A stretch of 64,000 bases of DNA from Acutalibacteraceae bacterium. GTDB lineage: Bacteria; Bacillota; Clostridia; Christensenellales; CAG-138. Each line of letters starts with the position of its first letter. The first letter of the stretch is position 1. A model generated the notes under the pieces. The model had not been told where the DNA came from. It did not search any database and saw only the letters and a program-made list of their open reading frames with translations. The stretch covers positions 543 to 64,542 of the forward strand of contig CAVIAA010000004.1 in NCBI GenBank assembly GCA_963640685.1. Direction: 5' to 3'. Made by a program: the position numbers and the translations under genes. Positions 28,374-37,636 of this stretch are shown in pieces.

Positions 28374-29264
28374 TTAGAACTTCCTGCCCCCGCCGCCGTG
28401 GTGCATGCCGCCGGAGGACATGTGTACGCCGCTGGTGCTGACGCCGCCGCCACCGCTGCGCGAGCCGTTGTTGTTGTTATTATTGCGGGGTATAACGCGG
28501 GTGGTAACGAACTTATTGACCAGCTTGGAGTCGTTCACCTGAAGGTCAAGGCTGCTCTTGCTCTGCCAGTCGTAGCTGGTGGGCTTGAATTTTTTGGAGT
28601 AGCTCTTTTTTATGGAGCCCTTGGCAATCGCCCCCGCGGCGAGGCCAACCAGCCCTCCGCCGCCGCCCATTATGGCTGCGGTCGCCGCCCGCTCGCCGGC
28701 TGTCGCCGGTGTGTCGGGAACGTAGGTGCTGCCGTATTCCGAGGGGTCCATCACCTCGCCGGTCTCCTCATCGTAGCCGTAGTGCCCGGCCTCAACGCCC
28801 GCGTTGATGTATTCCTCGGTGTAGTCCAGCGCGCCCATGAAGGCGCTGTAATAGTCCTCCTCCGCAAGGTAGTATACGACGGTATCCAGTATCACTTCCT
28901 CGCGCTGGTCATCGATTATGTCTATCATATCCCCGGCGGTGGATATATACGCCTCGCGGTTGTACATATCTATGCAGTACAGCACGCCGGTGCGGTTGTC
29001 GCCTGCGCCCATGCCGCTGTCCTCGTAGAAGGCGTCCGCAAATTCCATTGTGCTCGTAACACTATCGTCCTCGATAGTTACGAGGCCTATATCCTGACTG
29101 TACAGCGAAACAAGCTCCTCAATTCGGCTCTCGAGTGCCTGCTCCTCGTCGTCCGTGAGCAGGTCTGCGTAGTCGAATACCCTCTGCTCCCCCGCGGCAA
29201 ACGCCGCAGAGAACAGCCCCAGACACAGCGCAGCCGTAATTATCGCAGTTAAAAGCCTTTTCAT
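28374..29264 (-). CDS. TPM-domain membrane protein
   Basis: Signal peptide MKRLLTAIITAALCLGLFSAAFA. TPM signature VFDYADLLTDDEEQALESRIEEL. One TM and an Asn/Gly-rich tail. The ATG overlaps the upstream stop (ATGA at 29261-29264). Confidence 0.8.
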   Translation of the reverse strand: MKRLLTAIITAALCLGLFSAAFAAGEQRVFDYADLLTDDEEQALESRIEELVSLYSQDIGLVTIEDDSVTSTMEFADAFYEDSGMGAGDNRTGVLYCIDMYNREAYISTAGDMIDIIDDQREEVILDTVVYYLAEEDYYSAFMGALDYTEEYINAGVEAGHYGYDEETGEVMDPSEYGSTYVPDTPATAGERAATAAIMGGGGGLVGLAAGAIAKGSIKKSYSKKFKPTSYDWQSKSSLDLQVNDSKLVNKFVTTRVIPRNNNNNNGSRSGGGGVSTSGVHMSSGGMHHGGGGRKF

Positions 29265-30313
29265 GCGCCAAGCCCTCCTATCAGCGCGCCTATCACGAGG
29301 CAGGCGGCGGTTATTATCCACATAAGCCTGTTTGTCTTTTTGTTGCTCACCGGAACGCGGCCGGCTATCTTGCCGGTCTGCCCGTTCATTGCAAAGTAGT
29401 ACAGCTCACCCTTGTAGCGGTAGGTCATCATCCATGCCGGCATAAGGGCATATTTCCAGTCCGCCTTTACCCCGTTCACGGTCATATTCCTGCCGCTGAC
29501 GCTGCCGTAGCCGGAAAGCGTCCTTTCAAGCTGCTCCTCCGCGGCGGAGCGCATAAGCTCCTTTGCCTCGGGCTCGGCCTTGTCCTTTTCGATGTTGCGC
29601 TTTTCCGCCATAAAGCCGGAGAGGAAGCTCATGTTAAAGTCCTTGAGGCCGGACATATCGTAGGGGTATATTCCGTTGAGCAGCTCGGCGTCCTCGCGAT
29701 CCAGCGCCTTCAGCGTCATTTCGCTCAGCTTAACGCTGCCGCTTCGGGTAAGGTCGTATACGCTGGTTTCGGTGTATTCTATATCGCCAACCACCCAGAC
29801 CTTGAGCGAATTGGCCTTTGCGGTCATGGTCGCCTTAACGTTGCTGTCTATAAGCCAGAAGGGAAAGTATACGCCGGTCAGCTTTTCAAGCTGCATCTCG
29901 CTGAAAAAGCCGTCGTCGATGTATTTTTTGGATTTGCACCAGCTTATCAGCTGCTCCTTTACCTTCTCCCTGGGTATTGCAAAGGGAATGACCTTGTTCG
30001 GCGCCATTTCGCCGGAAAGCCGGCCCTTTAGTATGACGGGGTTGTGGCAGTAGAAGCAGAAGGTCGCCGCCGTCGTGTCGTCGGTTATGACCTCGGCGCC
30101 GCAGCTCGGGCAGGTGTATACCACCGCGTGCTCGTCAAAGGCATTGCCCTCGCTCTCCTTTTGCTCGTCAATAACGCTCTGGTTTTTGACCAGCTCCTTC
30201 AGCTGTTCCTCGGTATAGCTGCTGCCGCAGTATTCGCAGCCAAAGTCCCCCGTTGCCGGGCGGTAGGTAAGGTCTGCGTCGCAGTTTGGGCATTTGTAGG
30301 TAATTGTAGACAT
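29261..30313 (-). CDS. Double zinc-ribbon protein with C-terminal TM anchor
   Basis: Two C4 ribbons (CPNC...CEYC and CPSC...CFYC), a domain of about 230 aa, and C-terminal TM WIITAACLVIGALIGGLGA. Confidence 0.7.
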   Translation of the reverse strand: MSTITYKCPNCDADLTYRPATGDFGCEYCGSSYTEEQLKELVKNQSVIDEQKESEGNAFDEHAVVYTCPSCGAEVITDDTTAATFCFYCHNPVILKGRLSGEMAPNKVIPFAIPREKVKEQLISWCKSKKYIDDGFFSEMQLEKLTGVYFPFWLIDSNVKATMTAKANSLKVWVVGDIEYTETSVYDLTRSGSVKLSEMTLKALDREDAELLNGIYPYDMSGLKDFNMSFLSGFMAEKRNIEKDKAEPEAKELMRSAAEEQLERTLSGYGSVSGRNMTVNGVKADWKYALMPAWMMTYRYKGELYYFAMNGQTGKIAGRVPVSNKKTNRLMWIITAACLVIGALIGGLGA

Positions 30314-30511
30314 GGTTTACCTCCGGATGAGTGTGCTTGTGTATATTCTATTACATATGCGCAGGCGGGGCAAGAGCGGCATTTCATTAAAGTTTTTTAA
30401 TTTTTATTCTGCAACCGCTGTTATTTCAAGTTTTTGTATGATATAATCCATTAGGTTATTTATGTAGAATTTATTTTTTTATTTTTTACGTTTTAGGGAG
30501 GAGTCTTTCAG

Positions 30512-31390
30512 GTGGATGAAAAGATTAAAATAAAAAGGGGCGACAGGAAGGACGGCATATGGCTGCGCGACCTTGACCCGCTGCACGGCTTCATGCCGTA
30601 CATATACCCGAACAGGACGGACAACGAGGCGTTCCTTCAGGAGCAGATAGACATAACCGCCCTCAACGAATACCTTGCGAAAAAGACCGAGAGCGACCCG
30701 GACTTCAAATATACCTACCTGCACGCGATAGTTGCGGCGCTGGTCAGGACGATAACCCTTCGTCCGCGAATGAACCGCTTTATCTCGGGCGACAGGATAT
30801 ACCAGCGGCGCAAGCTGACAATGGCCTTCATGGTAAAGCGCAGGTTTTCCGACGATTCCTCGGAGTCCATGTTCTACCGCGAATTTGGCGCGGCGGACAA
30901 CATAGACAGCATACACGAAATAATAAAGGAGCGGGTCACCGCCTTTAAGCAGACCGATGCGGAGGATAACTCCACCGATATGATGGGTGTGCTGCTAAAG
31001 CTGCCGCACTTTATCATGAGGCTGCTGGCAAAGCTGCTGTTCTTCCTGGACAGGCGGGGCAAGGTTCCGGATTTCCTGATTAAGGAGGACCCGAACCAGG
31101 CGACGGTATTTATAACCAACCTCGGCAGCATAGGACTCCACGCGGGGTACCATCACCTTTCAAACTGGGGAACTACCTCGATATTCGTCGTCATAGGCGA
31201 AAAGCACAAGGTACCGTTTTACAATGACGACGGCTCCTTCGAGCTGCGGGAGGTCATAGACCTCGGCATAACGCTGGACGAGCGCATTGCAGACGGATAC
31301 TACTACTCCAAGACCATGAAGCTGCTCAAGCACCTTTTGCTCAACCCGGAGCTGCTGGAGCAGCGCTCCGACGCCGAGGTGGAATTTTAA
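30512..31390 (+). CDS. 2-oxoacid dehydrogenase acyltransferase / CAT-like catalytic-domain protein
   Basis: GTG start after AGGGAGGA. The C-terminal NLGSIGLHAGYHHLSNWGTTS...TLDERIADG resembles the E2/CAT catalytic H-x3-DG region. Confidence 0.7.
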   Translation: MDEKIKIKRGDRKDGIWLRDLDPLHGFMPYIYPNRTDNEAFLQEQIDITALNEYLAKKTESDPDFKYTYLHAIVAALVRTITLRPRMNRFISGDRIYQRRKLTMAFMVKRRFSDDSSESMFYREFGAADNIDSIHEIIKERVTAFKQTDAEDNSTDMMGVLLKLPHFIMRLLAKLLFFLDRRGKVPDFLIKEDPNQATVFITNLGSIGLHAGYHHLSNWGTTSIFVVIGEKHKVPFYNDDGSFELREVIDLGITLDERIADGYYYSKTMKLLKHLLLNPELLEQRSDAEVEF

Positions 31391-31393
31391 GCC

Positions 31394-33142
31394 ATGAATA
31401 CATATACCTACCGGCCATACGACCTGAGCGGCGTTACCGCAAGCGCGCCATGGCTCAAAAGCTACGACCCGGAATGTCCGCAGCACCTCGACTATTTTAC
31501 CGGCACGCTGGCCGAGGCGTTTGAGTGCGCGGCGGAAAAATACCCAAACTATATCGCCTATGACTTCATGGGCAGCGAAACAAGCTACAAAAGCGCCGTT
31601 GAGGCGATACACGCCTGCGCACGCGCTCTAAGCGCCGCAGGAATCAAAGAAGGGGACAAGGTCACGATATGCATGCCCAACGCCCCGCAGACCGTCACGG
31701 TGTTCTACGCCGTGAACCTCATAGGCGGCATCGCAAACATGGTGCACCCGCTCTCCGCCGTTAAGGAGATCGCCTTTTGCCTGAGGGACTCCGAAAGCGT
31801 TGCGGCGATAACGCTGGATCAGTTTTACGGCAAGTTCAAGGAGGTTCGGCAGGAGGTCGAGCTGCCGCTGCTCATAATAACCTCCGTTGCAGATGCGCTC
31901 TCGCCGCTCATGCGGCTGGGCTACAAGCTCACCGAGGGCAGGAAGATACAAAAGCCGGACGGGGACGACTTCACCTGGTGGAAAGATTTGCTCAAAAAGG
32001 GCGAAAACGCCGCCGACTGCCGCTGCGAAAAGCAGGCGACCGACCCCGCCGCGATACTTTACAGCGGCGGCACGACAGGCACTATGAAGGGCATAAGCCT
32101 TTCCAACCTCAACTTTAACGCGCTCGCGGCGCAGATAATAGCGACCAACAGCTTTTTCCGCCCGGGGGACAAGATGCTCGCGATAATGCCGATGTTCCAC
32201 GGCTTTGGCTTGGGCGTCAGCATACACTCAATGCTTGCAAGCGGCGGCCACTGCATACTTGTTCCGCGCTTTACGCCAAAGAGCTACGCCGGGCTGCTCA
32301 AAAAGCACAGGCCAAACCTCATCGCCGGCGTTCCCTCGCTGTTTGAGGCGCTGCTCCGCGTGCCGGAGGCGGACGAGCTGGAGCTTTCCTGCCTGAAGGG
32401 GGTTTTCTCCGGCGGGGACTCCCTCTCTGTCGAGCTTAAAAAGCGGTTTGACGCCTTCCTTGAGTCGCACGGCGCATCAATAAAGGTTCGCGAGGGCTAC
32501 GGCACTACGGAGTGCGTTACCGCAAGCTGCCTGACGCCCATACACAGGGCAAAGGAGGGCAGCATCGGCCTGCCCTTCCCGGATACCTACTATAAAATAG
32601 TTAAGCCCGGGACGACGGAGGAGATGCCCTACGGCGAGGAGGGCGAAATATGCCTTGCGGGGCCGACGGTCATGCTCTGCTACGTCAACCACCCGCAGGA
32701 AACGGCGGACACGCTGAAGCAGCACGGCGACGGCCTCACCTGGGTACACACCGGCGACCTCGGCAAGATGGACGAGGAGGGCTTCATATACTTCCGCCAG
32801 CGCATAAAGCGCATGATCGTCACCAACGGCTACAACGTATACCCCTCCCAGATAGAGAACGTGCTGGAGGCGCACGAGGCGGTGCACCTCGCCTGCGTAA
32901 TAGGCGTAAAGGACCCGATAAGGGTGCAGCGTGTAAAAGCGTTCGTAATGCTGAAGCCCGGCTACGAGGGCAGCGAGGAGCTTAAAAAGGACATATTGGA
33001 GCACTGCTCAAAGTACGTAGCAAAGTACGCCATGCCACGCGAGCTGGAGTTCCGCCCCGAGCTGCCAAAGACCCTCGTCGGCAAGGTTGCATACCGGGTG
33101 CTGGAGGAGGAAGAGGCGGCAAGGCAAAGCGCCGCAGAATAA
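31394..33142 (+). CDS. AMP-dependent synthetase/ligase (acyl-CoA ligase-like)
   Basis: AMP-binding motifs YSGGTTGTMKGI, GYGTTE, TGDLGKMDEEGF and C-terminal LPKTLVGKV. Confidence 0.9.
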   Translation: MNTYTYRPYDLSGVTASAPWLKSYDPECPQHLDYFTGTLAEAFECAAEKYPNYIAYDFMGSETSYKSAVEAIHACARALSAAGIKEGDKVTICMPNAPQTVTVFYAVNLIGGIANMVHPLSAVKEIAFCLRDSESVAAITLDQFYGKFKEVRQEVELPLLIITSVADALSPLMRLGYKLTEGRKIQKPDGDDFTWWKDLLKKGENAADCRCEKQATDPAAILYSGGTTGTMKGISLSNLNFNALAAQIIATNSFFRPGDKMLAIMPMFHGFGLGVSIHSMLASGGHCILVPRFTPKSYAGLLKKHRPNLIAGVPSLFEALLRVPEADELELSCLKGVFSGGDSLSVELKKRFDAFLESHGASIKVREGYGTTECVTASCLTPIHRAKEGSIGLPFPDTYYKIVKPGTTEEMPYGEEGEICLAGPTVMLCYVNHPQETADTLKQHGDGLTWVHTGDLGKMDEEGFIYFRQRIKRMIVTNGYNVYPSQIENVLEAHEAVHLACVIGVKDPIRVQRVKAFVMLKPGYEGSEELKKDILEHCSKYVAKYAMPRELEFRPELPKTLVGKVAYRVLEEEEAARQSAAE

Positions 33143-33151
33143 AGGCAGCAG

Positions 33152-33182
33152 AAAAGCGCCGCTCAGGTAGAGCGGCGCTTTT
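33152..33182. terminator. Bidirectional terminator between convergent acyl-CoA ligase and glmS
   Basis: AAAAGCGCCGCTC-aggta-GAGCGGCGCTTTT. Confidence 0.8.
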
Positions 33183-33198
33183 AGTATATCGCCTGTTT

Positions 33199-35031
33199 TT
33201 ATTCAACAGTTACGGACTTTGCAAGGTTGCGGGGCTTGTCGATATCGCAGCCCTTGAGCAGCGCAACGTAGTACGCAAGCAGCTGAAGCGGCAGTATCGC
33301 CAGCGAGGGCTTAACGAAGGGATCCGCTTCGGGTATCCACATTACCTGATCCGCCGTTTCCGCAACGCCGGGCGTGCCCTCTGTTGCAAGAGCCAAAACC
33401 ACCGCGCCGCGCGCCTTTACCTCGCGCATGTTGCTTATCATCTTATCCGCAAGCGGCGCATAGGTGCAGAGCGCAACAACCAGCGAGCCGGGCTCGATAA
33501 GCGATATCGTGCCGTGCTTGAGCTCCCCCGCAGGGTATGCCTCAGAGAATATGTAGGATATCTCCTTTAGCTTGAGCGAGCCCTCCATCGCCAGCGCGTG
33601 GTCGACGTTCCTGCCTATGAAGTATATATTGCGGCAGTTAAAGTGCAGCGATGCAAGGTACTTGATGTAATCGGACTTTTCCAGCAGGCCGCGCATGAGC
33701 TCCGGCAGCTCCTCGATCCTGTCGAGCGCCGCGCGCACCTCGGCCTCTGTCGCCGTCCCGCGGCAAAGCCCCATATACAGCGAAAGCAGATAGCACACCG
33801 AAAGCTGCGCGCTGTATGCCTTTGTGGTCGCAACGGCTATCTCGGGACCCGCCCAGGTGTATATTACGTCCTCGCTCTCGTTTGCAATGCTGCTGCCAAC
33901 CACGTTTACTATGGATATCACCCTTGCGCCCCGCGCCCTGGCCTCGCGCAGCGCAAGCAGCGTGTCGATGGTCTCGCCGGACTGGCTTATGACTATCGCA
34001 ATGGTCTTATCCGTAACTATCGGGTCGCTGTAACGGAACTCCGAGGCAAGCTCGACCGTTACCGGTACTCTCGCATAGCGCTCGATGTAGTGCTTTGCAA
34101 CCTGACCCACATAGCTTGCGGAGCCGCAGGCTATTATGAATACCCTGTCGCACCGGCGTATATCCTCTTTTGAAAGGTGCTTCAGCTCAAGGTCTATCCT
34201 GCCGCCCTTTACCCGGGGGCGAACGGTATTGCGTATGACGTCCGGCTGCTCCATTATTTCCTTGAGCATAAAGTGCGGGTAGCCGCCCTTTTCCGCCGCG
34301 TCCGCGTTCCATTCGATGTGCTCGACCGGCTTATTCAGCTCCTCGCCGTAGCGGCTGTATATCCTTACCGAATCCGCCGTAAGCACCGCCATTTCGTATT
34401 CCTCGAGCCGTATCACCTCGCGGGTGTGCCTGAGTATCGCCGGAACGTCGGATGCTATGAAGTTTTCGCCGCGGCCGACGCCGACTATGAGCGGGCTGTC
34501 CTTGCGCACGGCGTATATGGCGTTTGGCCTGTCGCGGAATATTATGCCGAAGGCAAACGCGCCGGATATCAGGCTGAGCGCCTCGCGTATCGCGTTTTCC
34601 GGCTCGCGGCAGCTCATGTAAAGGTACTCAACGAGGTTGCAGGCTATCTCGGTGTCGGTCTCCGACATAAAGGAATAGCCGCGCTCGGTAAGGAAATCCC
34701 GAAGCTCGATGTAGTTTTCAACTATGCCGTTATGCACGAGGGCGACCTCGCCATGCCGGCTGAGATGGGGGTGCGCGTTTACGTCATTGGGCTCGCCGTG
34801 CGTTGCCCAGCGTGTATGGCCTATGCCGAGGCAGCCGGGCAGCGTTTTCCCGCCCTCCGTCATATCCTCAAGCACCTTCAGCCTGCCCTTTGCCTTTACA
34901 ACGCCTATGTCCTCTCCGTTTGAAATCGCTATTCCCGAGGAGTCATAGCCGCGGTATTCCAGCTTTTCCAGCGCTTCAAGTATCAGCGGGGCGGCCTGCT
35001 TCGGGCCGATATAGCCAACTATTCCACACAT
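33199..35031 (-). CDS. glmS: Glutamine--fructose-6-phosphate aminotransferase
   Basis: N-terminal MCGIVGYIG (Ntn Cys), two SIS domains, C-terminal NLAKSVTVE. Confidence 0.95.
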   Translation of the reverse strand: MCGIVGYIGPKQAAPLILEALEKLEYRGYDSSGIAISNGEDIGVVKAKGRLKVLEDMTEGGKTLPGCLGIGHTRWATHGEPNDVNAHPHLSRHGEVALVHNGIVENYIELRDFLTERGYSFMSETDTEIACNLVEYLYMSCREPENAIREALSLISGAFAFGIIFRDRPNAIYAVRKDSPLIVGVGRGENFIASDVPAILRHTREVIRLEEYEMAVLTADSVRIYSRYGEELNKPVEHIEWNADAAEKGGYPHFMLKEIMEQPDVIRNTVRPRVKGGRIDLELKHLSKEDIRRCDRVFIIACGSASYVGQVAKHYIERYARVPVTVELASEFRYSDPIVTDKTIAIVISQSGETIDTLLALREARARGARVISIVNVVGSSIANESEDVIYTWAGPEIAVATTKAYSAQLSVCYLLSLYMGLCRGTATEAEVRAALDRIEELPELMRGLLEKSDYIKYLASLHFNCRNIYFIGRNVDHALAMEGSLKLKEISYIFSEAYPAGELKHGTISLIEPGSLVVALCTYAPLADKMISNMREVKARGAVVLALATEGTPGVAETADQVMWIPEADPFVKPSLAILPLQLLAYYVALLKGCDIDKPRNLAKSVTVE

Positions 35032-35072
35032 ATATGCTTAAAACACGTCTCCTTTTCGGTTTTGGGGGAGCG

Positions 35073-35993
35073 TCAGCTCCAGAGGTTCTCGGAGTATACC
35101 CCTTTCGCCTTTATCTCGGCGATGCTTCTCATAACCTCCGGCTTATCCTCCCTGTATGTCACGCCGAACCAGCGGTCGGTGCTCTCCTCGACCCTTACGC
35201 GAACCTTTCCCTCGGCCATGAGCTGCTGAACGGCGTTCGGCAGCAGATCCTCGTACTTTGCCGGGTCGGCTGCTATGCCTGCTGCAAAGTTCTGCTTGAA
35301 AGTATCCTCCAGCATGGGCAGTATGCTCGGCTTAAAGCCCCAGCAGTTCATGGATACCGGCGTTCCCTCGGGCAGGTCGGTAAAGGTTCTGCCGTCATCC
35401 TCGGTGAATGCGCCGCCGTGCTCGCGCTTGAATATCTTGCGCCGCTCGACTATGTGGGTGAGGAAGCCGTCCTCATCCACCTCGCACACTCCCCTTGCAA
35501 CACTGCCGTGCTCGGTAAGCGTGTTTTCCAGCCTGTAGCCTATCATGAGCTGCTCGTCCTCCGGGGAATCGGCGCTCAAAAAGGCGTAGAGCTTCCGGAA
35601 GGCCTCGGGGCCGTAGTAGTCGTCGGAATTTATTACGGCAAACGGGCGGCCGGCGATCTCGTCCCTTGCGCAGAGCAGCGCATGAGTAGTGCCAAGGGGC
35701 TTTGTCCGCCCCTCCGGCGCCTTAAGACCCGCCGGCAGCTTATCCATCTCCTGAAAGGCACAGGTAACGCCCGCGTATTTGGATATCCTGTCGCCGATGG
35801 CCTCCATAAAGTCATGCTCTATTTCGTGCTTTATTATGAACACGAGGTCGTGGAAGCCGGCGCGTATCGCGTCGTATATCGAGAAGTCGATTATAAGGTT
35901 GCCCGCCGCATCGATAGGGTCTATCTGCTTGAGCCCGCCGTAGCGGCTGCCCATTCCCGCGGCAAGAAGCACCAGCACAGGCTGCTTTTTCAT
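35073..35993 (-). CDS. Sugar-phosphate nucleotidyltransferase family protein
   Basis: LLAAGMGSRYGGLKQ NTP-binding loop, GTTHALL, INSDDYYG. 41 nt upstream of glmS, so probably co-transcribed. Confidence 0.8.
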   Translation of the reverse strand: MKKQPVLVLLAAGMGSRYGGLKQIDPIDAAGNLIIDFSIYDAIRAGFHDLVFIIKHEIEHDFMEAIGDRISKYAGVTCAFQEMDKLPAGLKAPEGRTKPLGTTHALLCARDEIAGRPFAVINSDDYYGPEAFRKLYAFLSADSPEDEQLMIGYRLENTLTEHGSVARGVCEVDEDGFLTHIVERRKIFKREHGGAFTEDDGRTFTDLPEGTPVSMNCWGFKPSILPMLEDTFKQNFAAGIAADPAKYEDLLPNAVQQLMAEGKVRVRVEESTDRWFGVTYREDKPEVMRSIAEIKAKGVYSENLWS

Positions 35994-36072
35994 GTTGACG
36001 ATACCTCCGTGTTCTATAAAGTATTTTTAAGGCTTGGGTTTTATGCTCTATTCTTTATGCTCTGTTAAGCCA

Positions 36073-36792
36073 TCAGGCATCGCCCATGGGTATGCCGCGG
36101 CCGGTGCGGTCGATATAGAAGGCGGCTGATGCTGCATCCATATAGGGATTCAGCCAGAGGTAGCCTATGCCGCAGGTGAGGGATGCGAGAATGCCCCAGC
36201 CGATGAAGGAAAGGTCGAGGCAGAACAGACGCCACTTGTGACCCTTCATGAGCTCCTTGCTCATGTTCACCGCCTGCCTTATGCCAAGCTCGGGGTTCTC
36301 CGCCATGAGGTAGTGCGCAAGGCGATAGCGATAGGTGGCGACGATGCCGGGGATTACGAAGAGCAGACCCCAGAGGAAGGTGAAGAGCGTCATGAACAGC
36401 TCGAGGCCGACGGTCTTAAGGAATATATCGAACCTTGAGAACAGCACAGAGACCTCATCTGCCTTGCCGCTGAGGGTAAGGTTGGTGTAGTAGCGGTTGC
36501 AGCCCTGGGTGATGGCGCCGGTGAGCAGTATCACGGCGATACCGACGATGAGCGCAAGTATCGGCGAGCCGGTCATAACTCCGTCGAGAGATTCATACTG
36601 GGCGATGAGCGCCTCGGCATCGCCGGCGATGAGCGCCTCAACGTCAAGGCTCGCCAGCTTGGATATGGTCTCGTATATTCCGCCCAGACCGCAGATGACT
36701 GCGGCAATGAAGGATACGAGTATGGAGCGTCCCCAGTTCCCGCGCAGCTTTGTGCGGGCGATCTTCCTAAATTCTTTTGCAGTGAATGTCAT
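36073..36792 (-). CDS. DUF975 family membrane protein
   Basis: MTFTAKEFRKIARTKLRGNWGRSILVSFIAAVI is the typical DUF975 start. ATG 36792 is preceded by AGAGGAAGAA. Confidence 0.8.
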   Translation of the reverse strand: MTFTAKEFRKIARTKLRGNWGRSILVSFIAAVICGLGGIYETISKLASLDVEALIAGDAEALIAQYESLDGVMTGSPILALIVGIAVILLTGAITQGCNRYYTNLTLSGKADEVSVLFSRFDIFLKTVGLELFMTLFTFLWGLLFVIPGIVATYRYRLAHYLMAENPELGIRQAVNMSKELMKGHKWRLFCLDLSFIGWGILASLTCGIGYLWLNPYMDAASAAFYIDRTGRGIPMGDA

Positions 36793-36833
36793 GGTTTTCT
36801 TCCTCTCTATTATATATAAATTTGCTTGGGGTA

Positions 36834-37136
36834 TCAATCGTTTATCTTGCAGCCGGAGCAGCCCTCGCAGCTCTCCGCGTCGCAATCCATCCGCGCCTCA
36901 ACTATCTTTGAGAGCACATCCATCTTGTCCTCGTCCGCGGGGAGGAACTCCTCGTATTCGCCGTCGGTCTGTATGCGGAAAACGAAAAGATCCTGCTCCT
37001 CGTCGTCGCCCGCGGCGGGGTCTACCATAACGGCGTACTCGTCGTTTTCGTAGTCAAAGTAATCCACGACCTCGAGCTCTATCTCGTTGCCCTCCTCGTC
37101 GTTGAATACTACTATATCCCTATCCAGCTCTTCCAT
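36834..37136 (-). CDS. DUF1292 domain protein with Cys-rich tail
   Basis: IVVFNDEEGNEIELEVVDYFDYENDEYAVM...DLFVFRI is the DUF1292 pattern. C-terminal CDAESCEGCSGC. Confidence 0.8.
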   Translation of the reverse strand: MEELDRDIVVFNDEEGNEIELEVVDYFDYENDEYAVMVDPAAGDDEEQDLFVFRIQTDGEYEEFLPADEDKMDVLSKIVEARMDCDAESCEGCSGCKIND

Positions 37137-37314
37137 CTGTCAGTATCTCCTTTGCGAAAATTTAGCACATACATTCTACTCCATGAACCGGCATACTGCA
37201 AGGAAAAATTCCGACAAATTCCATATTTTTATCACATTCATACGTTTGGTTATGCTTTAATTATCTTCACTTATGGTTTTGTTCATGCTGCGTTCATATA
37301 TTGGGCAAGTGCGC

Positions 37315-37345
37315 ATAAAAAAAGCCGCCCGGCAGGTGGGCGGCT
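37315..37345 (-). terminator. Rho-independent terminator (minus strand) in an otherwise gene-poor 500-bp gap
   Basis: On the minus strand, AGCCGCCC-acctgcc-GGGCGGCT followed by TTTTTTT. Confidence 0.6.
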
Positions 37346-37636
37346 CAGTTATCTGGAGTTTTATATGAAAAAACCGGAAGAAATCCTACAAAAGATACTG
37401 TGTATCGCTCTCTGGTCTTATCGGCATCACCTCCCCCTCGGGCAGCTCGCCGGTCTTATCGGAGGTGGTACGCCCGGCTTCGGTGGGTTTGCCGGGGACT
37501 GTCTGGTGGTGTTCTTTGTCATTGGGCTTTCTGCGCCTCCTTTCTTTGAAGTGATTACATCTTACCAGAGAAAGACGGCGCAAGTTTGGCCGAAACTTAT
37601 AACATTGGGGCGTTTATATTAACAGACGCCATATAA

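Noticed and set aside
35032-36072. glmS ribozyme upstream of glmS
   Set aside because: Only 41 nt separate glmS from the upstream nucleotidyltransferase gene, and only about 80 nt lie upstream of that gene. Neither gap can hold the ribozyme of about 170 nt, and I see none of its conserved core sequences.
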